Assembly: GCA_046597055.1 (NCBI GenBank) | Contig: JBKJLC010000186.1 | Location: forward strand, 1-38,800 | Direction: 5' to 3' | Origin: Kofleriaceae bacterium | Lineage (GTDB): Bacteria; Myxococcota_A; Polyangia; Haliangiales; Haliangiaceae | Length of the DNA stretch: 38,800 nt | Shown here: one piece after another, positions 26,734-38,624 of the stretch | How the letters are laid out: the number at the start of each line of letters is the position of its first letter | Numbering within the stretch: position 1 is the first letter of the stretch | The notes under the pieces: model-generated | What the model saw: only the letters and a program-made list of their open reading frames with translations | Database searches by the model: none | What the model was told of the DNA's origin: nothing | Translations under genes and position numbers: made by a program

Positions 26734-27336
26734 ATGGCCGATGTCCCCGAAGATGACGAGACGCTGCGCTGGCGCGTGCTGACGCGGACCCCGGCCCACG
26801 AGTACCGGATCTTCCGATCGGTCGCGGTCCGGGCCGCCCACCCGCAGACCGGCGCCGAGCGGACCTTCACGGTCCTCGACAGCCCCGACTGGATCAACAT
26901 CATCGCGATCACGCCCGATGATCTTGTGGTCCTGATCCGTCAGTTCCGCCACGGCACCGAGCGGGTCCACATCGAGATCCCCGGCGGCATGGTCGATCCC
27001 GGCGAGGACCACGAGACCGCCGCGCGCCGCGAGCTGCTCGAAGAGACCGGCTTCACCGCGCCGCGCTGGCGTCACCTGGGCGCGGTGGCCCCCAACCCGG
27101 CGTTCCATGGCAACCGGCTCCACACCTGGCTGGCCGAGGGTGCGGTGGCGACCGCACCGCCGGCGTGTGACGCCGGCGAGGTGATCGCGGTGTTCACCGC
27201 GTCGCGCGGCGAGGTCACGGCCATGCTCCGCGATGGCCGCATCGATCACGCCCTGGTCATGGTCGCGTTCGCCCACCTCGCCTTACGTCGGCCGGAGCCG
27301 CTGGGCTCCGACGGAACTCCTGCCCCGGCGGCTTGA
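26734..27336 (+). CDS. Nudix hydrolase (ADP-ribose pyrophosphatase-like)
   Basis: Nudix box GGMVDPGEDHETAARRELLEETG; LIRQFRHG; PNPA. Confidence 0.93.
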   Translation: MADVPEDDETLRWRVLTRTPAHEYRIFRSVAVRAAHPQTGAERTFTVLDSPDWINIIAITPDDLVVLIRQFRHGTERVHIEIPGGMVDPGEDHETAARRELLEETGFTAPRWRHLGAVAPNPAFHGNRLHTWLAEGAVATAPPACDAGEVIAVFTASRGEVTAMLRDGRIDHALVMVAFAHLALRRPEPLGSDGTPAPAA

Positions 27337-27374
27337 ACCTTCTGCGAGCGCACGGCTACCCTGCCCGGAGGGGT

Positions 27375-28082
27375 ATGAAACCGCGCTCGCCGCTCGTGGT
27401 CGTCGCATCGTGTGCTGCCGCGATCGTCCTGGTCGTCGCCCCGGCCTCGCCGGTGGCGGCCGGGACGGTGGGCGGGAAGATCGACCTGGTCGGCGGCCCA
27501 CCGGCGCGCACCGGGGTGCGAGCCCGCGGCTTCCTCGACCGGATCGAGAACCCGCACCTGCCGGTGCGTCCGGTCGATCCCAACCCGTCGATCGTCATCG
27601 TGCTCGAGGGTCCCGGCGCGGCCGCGGCGCCGGCCCCGGTCGCGGTGACCTGGGAGCTGGTCGGCGACTCGTTCGCGCGCCACGTGCTGCCAGTCCGGGT
27701 CGGGGGTGAGGTCGTGATCCGCAACAAGGGGCGCGGCGCGCCGGTGCTGGTCGCGACCGGCCTGCCCGATCTGCTCGCGAAGAAGCCGCTCAACCCGACC
27801 GCCGAGGTCCACTTCATGGCCAAGACCGCCGGCGTGATCGAGCTGATCGATCAGGCCACGCCGCACCTGCGCGGCCGGGTGCTGGTGGTCGCCAGCCCCT
27901 ACTTCGCGGTCCCCGATGCCCGCGGTGGCTTCGAGATCCCCGACGTCCCCGCCGGCGAGTGGACGGTGCGCGTCTGGTACGACCGCGGCTGGGTCGACCG
28001 CGTCGACGACAAGATCACCGTCGGCGGCAAGCGCACCGAGATCAATCCCAAGCTTCCGTCCGGTCTGCCCATCAAGCCCTGA
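27375..28082 (+). CDS. Secreted cupredoxin-like / carboxypeptidase-regulatory-like beta-sandwich protein
   Basis: GGAGG RBS, signal peptide, FARHVLPVRVGGEVVIRN, PYFAVPDARGGFEIPDVPAGEWTVRVW. Confidence 0.75.
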   Translation: MKPRSPLVVVASCAAAIVLVVAPASPVAAGTVGGKIDLVGGPPARTGVRARGFLDRIENPHLPVRPVDPNPSIVIVLEGPGAAAAPAPVAVTWELVGDSFARHVLPVRVGGEVVIRNKGRGAPVLVATGLPDLLAKKPLNPTAEVHFMAKTAGVIELIDQATPHLRGRVLVVASPYFAVPDARGGFEIPDVPAGEWTVRVWYDRGWVDRVDDKITVGGKRTEINPKLPSGLPIKP

Positions 28083-28094
28083 GGTCGCGCGCCC

Positions 28095-29873
28095 GTGTTC
28101 TGGTCCAAGATCTGGTTGTTCATCGTCGCGGCAGTCGCCGCAGTCGCGATCACGGTCGCCCTGCTGCTGCCGCGTCCCGCCCAGCGCGCGCGCGTGCTCG
28201 AGGAGCGCGAGCGCCTCGTGGTCGCGTGCGACATGGTCAACATCCTGCTGCGCAGCAACGCGCGGGTGCAGGTCGAGGTCGCCGGTGCGTTCGCGCGCAC
28301 CCCGTCCGTCGTCACCACGCTGGCCGAGGCCAGCGGCGTCGCCACCATCGACGACCGGCGCGCCAGCAACGCGCGCGACGTCGCCGAGAAGACGATCGCC
28401 AGCGTCGAGGGCGCCCGCCCCGACTTCGCGATCCTGCTCGACAAGCGTGGCCGGGTGGTCGCGCGCAAGGGGCTCGACGAGGCCGAGTTCGGCGACACCA
28501 TGGCCGGCCGGTTCGTGGTCGACGATGCCCTGGCCGGCTACCTGCGCGACGATCTGTGGTTCGCCGGTGGCCGGCTGTACCGGATCGCCGCGTCGCCGGT
28601 GGTCAAGCTTGATGCGCCGGTCGAGTACGTCGGCGCCGTGCTCATCGGCAACGCGGTCAACCGCGACTTCGCGGCCGAGCTGGTGAAGCCGCTCGGCGCC
28701 AAGATCTCGTTCTACGCCGAGGGTCAGGTGGCGGCGGCGTCGACCGACACCGTGCTCGACCGCGAGCTGCTCGACGAGTACGCCAGGCTGGCGCCCAGCA
28801 AGGGCGACCTCGCCGAGGACTGCCGCGTGGTCAAGCCGTTCAGCTCGCGCTCGGGTCCGGCCGAGTTCAGCGCGCTGGTCGCCCGGCTGCCCGGCGAGGC
28901 CCGCCACGACGACGCGTTCTTCACCGTGTTCCTCGAGCGCGGCAAGGCGCTTGGGATGGCCGCGACCCTCGACGCGGTCCGCAAGGACGACCTGTCGTTC
29001 GGCCACTTCCCGTGGCTCCTGGTCGGGCTCGGCTTCCTCGGCGCGCTCGGCATCGGCCTGACCTTGATGATCCTCGAGACCGACCGCCCGCTGCGCCGCC
29101 TGGCCGCCGATGCGGTCAAGCTCGCCAAGGGCGAGGTCGAGCGCGTGCCCGAGGAGCGCCACGGCGGCCGCATGGGCTCGATCGCGCGCTCGGTCAACAT
29201 CCAGATCGACAAGCTCGCCCGCGAGGCGCGCGCCGCGCGGCGCGATCTCGACCAGCTGCTCGGCCCCGGCCCCGAGGGCAGCGGCTCGATCGGTGGCGGT
29301 GGGCTCGGCACGCTCGATCTGGGCGGGCCGATGCCGCCCAGCCGGCCCGGGGACAGCCTGCCCAAGGCGCCCGCGGCGCCGGCCGAGTTCCGCTTCAACG
29401 ATCCGCTGCCGCCGCCCGAGCTCGATCTGTCACCGTCCAGGCCCGCGGGTGGGAGCTCCGCCCCGCCGGCGCCGCGCGCCATCACCCCGCCGCCGCGGCC
29501 GCGGCCGCCGCCGGGCATGCCGGGCACCCCGCCGCTCCGCACGCCCACGCCGGCCCCGGGGGTCCCGCGACCGCCGGCCGGGCGCGCGCTCGACGACGAC
29601 ATCCTCACCGACGAAGCCAGCAGCGTCACCGGGGTGCCCGACGGCGCCACCGGCGACGACGCCGAGCTCCGCCGCGTCTACGAGGAGTTCGTCGAGCTGA
29701 AGCAGCGCTGCGGCGAGCCGACCTCCGGCGTCACCTTCGCCAAGTTCGGCGACAAGCTGCGCAAGAACCGCGACGAGCTGATGGCCAAGCCCGGCACCGT
29801 GGCCGTGAAGTTCTCGGTGTACGTGAAGGATGGCAAGGCGGCGCTCAAGGCGACGCCGGTCAAGGAGGGCTAA
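28095..29873 (+). CDS. MXAN_5187-family membrane protein (TM - Cache-like - TM - HAMP-like - Pro-rich - conserved C-terminal domain)
   Basis: C-terminal VYEEFVELKQRCGEPT..F.KF..KLRKN..VKFSVYVKDGKAALKATP recalled as the MXAN_5187 C-domain; two TM segments. Confidence 0.82.
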   Translation: MFWSKIWLFIVAAVAAVAITVALLLPRPAQRARVLEERERLVVACDMVNILLRSNARVQVEVAGAFARTPSVVTTLAEASGVATIDDRRASNARDVAEKTIASVEGARPDFAILLDKRGRVVARKGLDEAEFGDTMAGRFVVDDALAGYLRDDLWFAGGRLYRIAASPVVKLDAPVEYVGAVLIGNAVNRDFAAELVKPLGAKISFYAEGQVAAASTDTVLDRELLDEYARLAPSKGDLAEDCRVVKPFSSRSGPAEFSALVARLPGEARHDDAFFTVFLERGKALGMAATLDAVRKDDLSFGHFPWLLVGLGFLGALGIGLTLMILETDRPLRRLAADAVKLAKGEVERVPEERHGGRMGSIARSVNIQIDKLAREARAARRDLDQLLGPGPEGSGSIGGGGLGTLDLGGPMPPSRPGDSLPKAPAAPAEFRFNDPLPPPELDLSPSRPAGGSSAPPAPRAITPPPRPRPPPGMPGTPPLRTPTPAPGVPRPPAGRALDDDILTDEASSVTGVPDGATGDDAELRRVYEEFVELKQRCGEPTSGVTFAKFGDKLRKNRDELMAKPGTVAVKFSVYVKDGKAALKATPVKEG

Positions 29874-30506
29874 GTGTTGCCGCGGCGGGCGACGTGGGGC
29901 GCGCTCGCGGTCGTGACCGCGTGCAGCTTCCGACCGACCGAGGACGTGGGCGCCGGCCGCGCGGGCGACGCGTCGATCTTCGACGAGAGCGACGCCGCGG
30001 TGGTCGCGAGCGACGCGAACCCCACGCCTGACGCGACCGACGGGCCCGCGACCGACGGGGCCGCGACCGACGCGGCGCCCGGGACGGCGTGCCCGGCCGG
30101 CTACGCCACCGTCCACGGCGGACGCTACGCGCTCCGCCACGTCGCGCAGCTACACGGCATCGCCATGGCCGACTGCGGCGACGATCTGTTCGGCCGGACC
30201 CACCTGGCGACCTTCGAGATGGCCGGCGATCTCGATGCCGTGATCGCGCAGCTCGATCCCGGCAACAGCGCGACCGTGTTCGTCGGCGCCTCGTGCCTGC
30301 CGCTCAGCCCGACCGCGTGCGCGGCCCCCGGCGGCTGGACCTGGGTCGGCGGCGCCGTGGTCGCGAGCATGCTGTGGCAGCCCGGCCAGCCCGACAACCC
30401 GCTGACCGAGACCGTCGCGCTGGTCCAGCGCGAGAGCGGGACCTGGCGGCTCAACAACGTCAGCTCGCTCTCGACTCGCCCGTACGTCTGCGAGTGCGAT
30501 CCCTGA
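29874..30506 (+). CDS. C-type lectin domain lipoprotein
   Basis: VTAC lipobox, Asp/Ala linker, CPAGY, THLA, VFVG, WTWV, WQPGQPDN, PYVCECD. Confidence 0.85.
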   Translation: MLPRRATWGALAVVTACSFRPTEDVGAGRAGDASIFDESDAAVVASDANPTPDATDGPATDGAATDAAPGTACPAGYATVHGGRYALRHVAQLHGIAMADCGDDLFGRTHLATFEMAGDLDAVIAQLDPGNSATVFVGASCLPLSPTACAAPGGWTWVGGAVVASMLWQPGQPDNPLTETVALVQRESGTWRLNNVSSLSTRPYVCECDP

Positions 30507-30524
30507 CCCCCTGACCACGCGCGC

Positions 30525-32258
30525 TCACACCCGCGAGGCCAGCAGCGGCTGACCGCGACGGATCGGCAACTCGACCGCGATGCGCGCGCCGCCGCCGGCC
30601 GACTCGCCGATCACGATCCGACCGCCGTGATCGCTGACGATGCGGTGCACGATGGCGAGGCCGAGCCCGGTGCCGCCCCGGCCCTGCTTGGTCGTGAAGT
30701 ACGGCGTGAACACCCGATCGCGCAGCTCCGCCGGCACGCCCGGGCCGTTGTCCTCGACGATCAGCTCGACCCGATCGCCGGCGTCACCCTTGCGGGTGAT
30801 GACCCCGATCCGGCCGTCGGGCTTGCCGGCGAGGGCGTCGCGCGCGTTCTCGAGCAGGTTGTGCAGCACCTGGGTCAGCTGCCCGCGATCGAGCTCGAGC
30901 GCCGGCAGCTGCGCGTCGAGGCGCCGCTCGACCGGGGTCCCGCCCTGGTACAGCGCGAGCGCGCCGGCGACCACCTCGTTGAGATCGGCCGGGTGGACGT
31001 CGGGCTTGGGCATGCGCGCGAAGTCGGAGAACTCGCTGACGATGCGCTTCAGGCGATCGGCCTCCTCGAGCACGGTCGTGGTCGACTCCTCGAGAATCTC
31101 GCCGAACGACGGGTGCTGCTTGCGCCAGGTCTTGCGCAGGTTGTCCATCGCCATCTGGATCGGCGTGAGCGGGTTCTTGATCTCGTGCGCGAGCCGGCGC
31201 GCGATCTCCTGCCAGGCCGCGATGCGCTCGGCGATCACCAGCCGCTCCTCGGCGGTGCGCAGGTCCTCCATCATGAGGTTGAAGGCCGAGCCGACCTGGC
31301 CGATCTCGTCGGACGAGGTCACCGGCACCCGGTGCTCGAGCTCGCCCTTGGCGGCGGCCTGGGCGCCGGTCACCAGCTGGTCGAGGCCGCGGGTGATCCG
31401 GCCCGCGATCAGCGCGCCGAGCAGGACTGTCACTGCCAGCGCCAGCGCGGCCAGCACCGCCGAGACCAGGGTCACCTCGGTGAGCAGCTGCGCCAGATCG
31501 CGGTCCCACACCGCCAGCTCGACCCAGGCGATCGGCGCGCCGTCGGCGCCGGCCAGCGCGATCCGCATCGGCGGCGTGCGCAGCCCGGCCCAGCTGGGCT
31601 CGGCCGGCGCGACCAGCTCGCGGCCGTCGGGGTCGACCACCCGCGCGTCGATCTGTCCGGTGCGCCGGACACTCGCGATCAGATCGGCGCCGACCCGGCG
31701 CCCGACCAGCACCGCGACCTGCTGGCCGGCGTCGCGGGCGATGCCGGCGGCCTCGGCGACCAGGGTCGGCTCCATGGAGCGCGCGCCCATGATCTTCTCG
31801 AACCGGTAGATCACGGCGCCGCTGTCGCCGGCCAGCCGACGCGGCTCACGCGAGGTCTCGCCGACCTCGGCGCGATCGTGGGGCGCGGTCAGGACCTCGT
31901 CGCCGGCGCCGGTGACGACCAGCACCGCCAGCCCGAGCGCCTCCATCACCTGCGGCGAGGTCTCGCGCAGGTGGCGGCGGGCCTCGGCGTCGAGCTTGCC
32001 CTGGCCGCTGACCAGGTCGGACAGCAGGATGCCGCTGTACGGGTTCTTGCGCTCGGCCAGCGCGCTCGCCGACGCCGCCACCTGCGAGGCGAACCGGGCC
32101 AGCTCGCTGCGCATGGCCTGTTCGGCGGTGGTGCGGGTCCGCTGGTGCTCGTTGCGGTAGCTCCGCGCGACCACCTCGCGGGTCACCAGCGCGGCCACCG
32201 CGATCGGCACCAGCGCGGCGATCGCGAACCACAGCGTGAACCGGACCCGCAGCTTCAC
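30525..32258 (-). CDS. HAMP sensor histidine kinase (NtrY-like)
   Basis: AAWQEIARRLAHEIKNPLTPIQ H-box, NLLENA, DNGPG, FTPYFTTK, GTGLGL. GTGA overlap with the upstream stop. Confidence 0.95.
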   Translation of the reverse strand: MKLRVRFTLWFAIAALVPIAVAALVTREVVARSYRNEHQRTRTTAEQAMRSELARFASQVAASASALAERKNPYSGILLSDLVSGQGKLDAEARRHLRETSPQVMEALGLAVLVVTGAGDEVLTAPHDRAEVGETSREPRRLAGDSGAVIYRFEKIMGARSMEPTLVAEAAGIARDAGQQVAVLVGRRVGADLIASVRRTGQIDARVVDPDGRELVAPAEPSWAGLRTPPMRIALAGADGAPIAWVELAVWDRDLAQLLTEVTLVSAVLAALALAVTVLLGALIAGRITRGLDQLVTGAQAAAKGELEHRVPVTSSDEIGQVGSAFNLMMEDLRTAEERLVIAERIAAWQEIARRLAHEIKNPLTPIQMAMDNLRKTWRKQHPSFGEILEESTTTVLEEADRLKRIVSEFSDFARMPKPDVHPADLNEVVAGALALYQGGTPVERRLDAQLPALELDRGQLTQVLHNLLENARDALAGKPDGRIGVITRKGDAGDRVELIVEDNGPGVPAELRDRVFTPYFTTKQGRGGTGLGLAIVHRIVSDHGGRIVIGESAGGGARIAVELPIRRGQPLLASRV

Positions 32259-33757
32259 GGCGCCCCCCACAGGAACAGATCGGCGACGCCGAGGCGGGCG
32301 CTGGCGTCGAACCAGCCGCCGCGCACCGCGGCGCGGTGGTGGACCCGGATCGCGCGGTGGAGCAGCGGCACGATCGGCAGCCGGCGCGCGAAGGTGGCGC
32401 GGACCCGCGCGAGATCGACCGCGCCGCCGGCGGTCAGCTGGTCGGCGGCGGCGCGCTCGCCGCCGAGCGCATAGGCCTGCGCGAACCAGAAGCCGGGGCT
32501 GGCCACCGCGGCGACCAGCTGGCCGATGTAGAGGTCGGCCGTGCCGGTCGCGATCCGGCGGGCCAGCTCGGGCGCGGCCACCGCCGCGATCGACGCCTTG
32601 ATGCCGAGTCGGTCGAGCGCGCGCACGACCCGCTCGGCGATCTCGCGGTCGTCGGGGCGGGTCTGGTCGACGAGGATCTCGAGGCTGAGCTGGCCCAGGC
32701 GATCGGCGTGCAGCGCGCGGTTGGCGGCGCCGGCGCGGGTCAGCGCGGCGCGGGCCAGCTCGAGCCGGGCGTCGCTGGCCTGGTCGGCGAGCCGGGGCCC
32801 GCCGAGCTCCTCGGGCACCGGGTCCTGGGTCGGCACCGCGCGCTCGCCGGTGCCGACGTGGTCGAGCCCGCGCCGGGTCAACGCGGCGTCGATCGCGGCG
32901 CGGAACTCGCGGTCGCCGGTGACCGCGCGGTGGCCGCCGCCGAAGCCGAGATACACCAGCACGGTGGGCGGGCTCTCGAGCTCGCCGGTCGGGAACGGCG
33001 GTGGGCGCCCGCCGAACGAGGTCGCGCCGCGCAGCGACCAGTGCGCCGCGCCGGTCTCGTACAGGCGGGCCTCGGCCCCGGTGGTGGTGAACCAGCGCAG
33101 CGTGACGCGGTCGACGTAGGCGCGCCCGGCCAGGTGCGCGTCGTGGGCCTCGAGCACCAGGCGATCGCCGCGGGCCGCGCCGAGCCGGAACGGGCCCGAG
33201 CCGATCAGCGTCTTGCCGCGGGTCGGGTCCTGGCCGCGCCGGGTGATCGCGGTCTGCGGCGCCGCCAGCAGGAGCGCCGCGTCCTTGCGCGCGGTCTTGA
33301 ACCTCACCACCACGACGGCCTCGCCATCGGCGACGACCTCGGCGACACCGGCCAGCAGCCAGCCGGCGCCGACGGAGGTCCGGACCCGCGCCAGCGAGGC
33401 GGCCACGTCGGCTGCGGTGAGCGCGCTGCCGTCGTGGAACCGGATCCCCGGCCTCAGCTCGATGCGCGCCTGGTTGCCGGCGACCTCGGGCAGCGCGGCT
33501 GCCAGATGCGGCACCACCACGCCATCGGGGCCGATCCGGTACAGCGTGTCGAACAGTAGCCCGACCACCGCGACCTCGGCCGGCGCCCGCGCCGCGACCG
33601 GGTCGAGGCTGGCCGGCTCGCCGAGCACGCTGCCGACCAGCTCACCGCCATAACCGGGGCGGGTCTCGGCCGTCGCGGCCGCGGGTGCCGCGAGCAGCAC
33701 GACCGCGGCGATCAGGGCGAGCCGGCCGCCAGTCCGGCCACGGGCGTCCTTCGACAC
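32255..33757 (-). CDS. ABC-type substrate-binding protein, family 5 (start ambiguous: GTG 33757 inside the REP copy, or ancestral TTG 34219)
   Basis: Signal peptide RLALIAAVVLLAAPAAATA, ETRPGYGG, SLDP, LFDTLY, LRPGIRFHDGSALTAADV, GSGPF. The frame stays open up to 34231. Confidence 0.85.
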   Translation of the reverse strand: MSKDARGRTGGRLALIAAVVLLAAPAAATAETRPGYGGELVGSVLGEPASLDPVAARAPAEVAVVGLLFDTLYRIGPDGVVVPHLAAALPEVAGNQARIELRPGIRFHDGSALTAADVAASLARVRTSVGAGWLLAGVAEVVADGEAVVVVRFKTARKDAALLLAAPQTAITRRGQDPTRGKTLIGSGPFRLGAARGDRLVLEAHDAHLAGRAYVDRVTLRWFTTTGAEARLYETGAAHWSLRGATSFGGRPPPFPTGELESPPTVLVYLGFGGGHRAVTGDREFRAAIDAALTRRGLDHVGTGERAVPTQDPVPEELGGPRLADQASDARLELARAALTRAGAANRALHADRLGQLSLEILVDQTRPDDREIAERVVRALDRLGIKASIAAVAAPELARRIATGTADLYIGQLVAAVASPGFWFAQAYALGGERAAADQLTAGGAVDLARVRATFARRLPIVPLLHRAIRVHHRAAVRGGWFDASARLGVADLFLWGAP

Positions 33758-34215
33758 CGCGCTCGCTCGCGCTCGCTCGGGCTCAGGACGAACGGGGATG
33801 CGCTCCCCACGGCCGACGCGATCCCCTCGGCCGATGCGATCCCCACGGCCGACGCGATCCCCTCGGCCGATGCGATCCCCTCGGCCGATGTGATCCCCTC
33901 GGCCGATGTGATCCCGTTCGCCCTGAGCCGGCGCCGAAGGCGCCGTGTCGAAGGGCGCACTGCCGACGGTATGGACGGCGTCCTTCGACACCGAGCTCGC
34001 GTGCGCTCGCTCGGGCTCAGGACGAACGGGGATGCACTCGCCCCCACCAAGGCGATCTCGACCCATCGTCTCCGGGCGCCCTCCGGCCGGGCGCAGGCCG
34101 TGCCGGCCGCCGACGCGGTGCCGGGGGTTCTTCGCCCCCGCTGCGCTCAGGACGGACGGCAGCGGAAGGCCGAGCGGCTTTCGAGCGACCTCGATCTCGA
34201 GCGCGGGGCCACGGG
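33736..34215. mobile_element. REP-like palindrome array flanked by a 9-bp direct repeat GGCCACGGG
   Basis: Direct repeats at 33736-33744 and 34207-34215. REP-like copies at 33743-33801 and 33977-34035 (56/59 identical; TCCTTCGACA...GCTCAGGACGAACGG), an inverted copy at 33913-33958 and a degenerate copy at ~34127-34160. Confidence 0.7.
33804..33911. repeat. Six tandem 18-bp repeats TCCCCWCGGCCGAYGYGA
   Basis: Six contiguous units with no spacers, each with a CGGCCG core; reads GRGD(R/H)(I/V) on the minus strand. Confidence 0.95.
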
Positions 34216-35283
34216 TCAATCGAGCAGCCACAGGTCCACCTTGCGAGCGCCGGCGAGGCGCACGGCTGCGAACACGTCACGATCGCCGTCGCCGTCGACG
34301 TCGCCGGAGCCGAGGGCGGCGACGCCGCCGGAAAAGGCGCGCCGGAAGACCGGCTTCTTGCCGAGGCCGCCGGGCCCGATCGTGTAGACCGCGACCGCGT
34401 CGGCGTCGCCGGGCGCGCCCGCGCCCGCCACGATCACCTCGATCGCGCCGTCGCGATCGACGTCGTCGAGCTCGACCGCGACGCCGGCCCGCTCGCGCGT
34501 GACCTCGCGGCGCGCCACGCACCCGGGCGCGGCCGACGCGCACCGGGTCTCGATCACGATCGTGAGCCGTCCGGAGGCGGCGACCGTCGCATCGACCCGC
34601 ATCGCGCGCCCGGCCGGGTCGACCAGCCCCTCGCGGCAGCGGCGGGTGAGGTACGGCGGGCCGCCGCCCACCGGGGCGAAGTAGTTGCGGCCCGGCGCCA
34701 GCGCGGACGCGCCGTCGGCGCACAGCGGGAACCCGGTGAGCTCGGCGACCTCGCGCAGCGCCTTGCCGTCGAGTCGGTAGCGCCCGCCGCGGCCGACCGT
34801 CGACGCGCGCGCCAGCACGTCGGCCCCGCCCGGGCGGGGCTCGATCGCGACCGCGCCGACCGCGTCGCGCGGCCGGATCCCGGCAGCCACCGACGGCAGC
34901 GCGACTCGCGCGAGCTCGCCGAGGCCCTTGCCGGTCGCGACCAGCACGATCAGGTGGCGCTCGGTCAGCAAGGCGAGCTCGGCCTTGCCGTCACCGTCGA
35001 GATCGCCCGCGGCCATCGCCAGGAGCGGCGCGCCGAGCTCGAGCGAGGCGACCCGGCGCGCCTTCCAGGTGACCGCGACCGGCACCGGCGGCCGCGGCGG
35101 TGGCTCGCGCGCCGCGCTGGCGCGATCGAACCCGGCCGCCATCGTGCGCCAGACCGCGCCGAGCAGGCCGCCGCCCGCCGGCGCCGGCGTGGGCGGAGCT
35201 CCGGCCGGTGGCGACGCCGCGACGGGCGCGCCGAGGGCCAGCGCCGCCAGCGCCATCGTCACGAACCCGCCCCGCCCGATCAT
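34216..35283 (-). CDS. Secreted FG-GAP/VCBS-repeat protein
   Basis: Signal peptide; GDLDGDGKAEL, DDVDRDGAIEV and GDVDGDGDRDV Ca-binding-type loops. Confidence 0.85.
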   Translation of the reverse strand: MIGRGGFVTMALAALALGAPVAASPPAGAPPTPAPAGGGLLGAVWRTMAAGFDRASAAREPPPRPPVPVAVTWKARRVASLELGAPLLAMAAGDLDGDGKAELALLTERHLIVLVATGKGLGELARVALPSVAAGIRPRDAVGAVAIEPRPGGADVLARASTVGRGGRYRLDGKALREVAELTGFPLCADGASALAPGRNYFAPVGGGPPYLTRRCREGLVDPAGRAMRVDATVAASGRLTIVIETRCASAAPGCVARREVTRERAGVAVELDDVDRDGAIEVIVAGAGAPGDADAVAVYTIGPGGLGKKPVFRRAFSGGVAALGSGDVDGDGDRDVFAAVRLAGARKVDLWLLD

Positions 35284-35285
35284 GC

Positions 35286-37697
<2,412 letters not shown>

Positions 37698-37808
37698 CGG
37701 CGCTGCGGCGCGGCCGAGCTTCCGGGTTGGCTCGGGCCGATTCTTGCGGGTGATGGCGGCCAAGGGCTTCGGTTTACGAGGTTGCAAGGTTGGGACCGCG
37801 CGTGGTTG

Positions 37809-38606
37809 TCAGGAGTTATCCCGCGGCTGCGGCTCCGGCGCCACAACCGAGCGTGTCTCGGCGGACACGGCGCGCTCGACGACGGTCATCGCGCCGCGGA
37901 TCTTGAGCGCGAACCAGCGCGCGCGCAGGTGGCGCTTGCGCTCGTCCGTGAGATCGCCGGGCAGCCCGAGGTGCGCGCGGCGGCGCGCGGCCAGCTGGCT
38001 CAGGACCAGCGCGGCCGACACCGACAGGTTGAAGCTCTGGGTGAAGCCCCACATCGGCAGCGCGACCGCGCCGTCGCACGCCGCCACCGTGGAGGCCGGC
38101 AGGCCGGCCCGCTCGTTGCCGAACACGATCGCGCACGGCCGGCTGACGTCGATGGTGTCGATCGTGGTGGTCGCGGCGAGCGAGGTGGCGAACACCTGGA
38201 CCCCGCGGGCCTGCAGCGCGCCGACGCAGCTCGCGGCGTCTTTCCAGCGGTGCAGATCGATCCAGCGATCGCAGCCGCGGGTGATCCCACGCGCGGCCTG
38301 GAAGCGGAGGCCGGGCTCGATGACGTGCAGCTCCTGCAGGCCGAGCGCCTCGGCGGTGCGGATGACGGCGGCCCCGTTGATCGGCTCGTAGACGTCCTCG
38401 ACCACGGTGATCACGCTGCCGAGCCGGGCGGCGAGGACCTCGTCGAACCGGGCCGGGCGATCGTCGGTGAGCATCGGCGCCAGCGCGGCGCATACGCGGT
38501 CGGGGCCGACCCGCTCGATCAGGCGATCGAGCGCGTCCGGGCCGCGGGAGGGCAGGACGGGGGCGGCGTCGGCGCGGGGTACGGGCTGGTCGCGGAGCTT
38601 GCGCAC
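37809..38606 (-). CDS. trmH: SpoU/TrmH family RNA 2'-O-methyltransferase
   Basis: EDVYEPINGAAVIRTAEALG, IVFGNERAG, LPMWGFTQSFNLSVSAA. Confidence 0.88.
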   Translation of the reverse strand: MRKLRDQPVPRADAAPVLPSRGPDALDRLIERVGPDRVCAALAPMLTDDRPARFDEVLAARLGSVITVVEDVYEPINGAAVIRTAEALGLQELHVIEPGLRFQAARGITRGCDRWIDLHRWKDAASCVGALQARGVQVFATSLAATTTIDTIDVSRPCAIVFGNERAGLPASTVAACDGAVALPMWGFTQSFNLSVSAALVLSQLAARRRAHLGLPGDLTDERKRHLRARWFALKIRGAMTVVERAVSAETRSVVAPEPQPRDNS

Positions 38607-38624
38607 GAGGGGGCAGACTACCTT

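Noticed and set aside
2..30506. Diversity-generating retroelement (Avd-like gene, C-type lectin, duplicated sequence)
   Set aside because: No reverse transcriptase in the window, no TR/VR pair for the lectin, and differences between the cytochrome copies are not adenine-specific in the stretch compared.
33804..33911. CRISPR array
   Set aside because: 18-bp units are contiguous with no unique spacers, and there are no cas genes.
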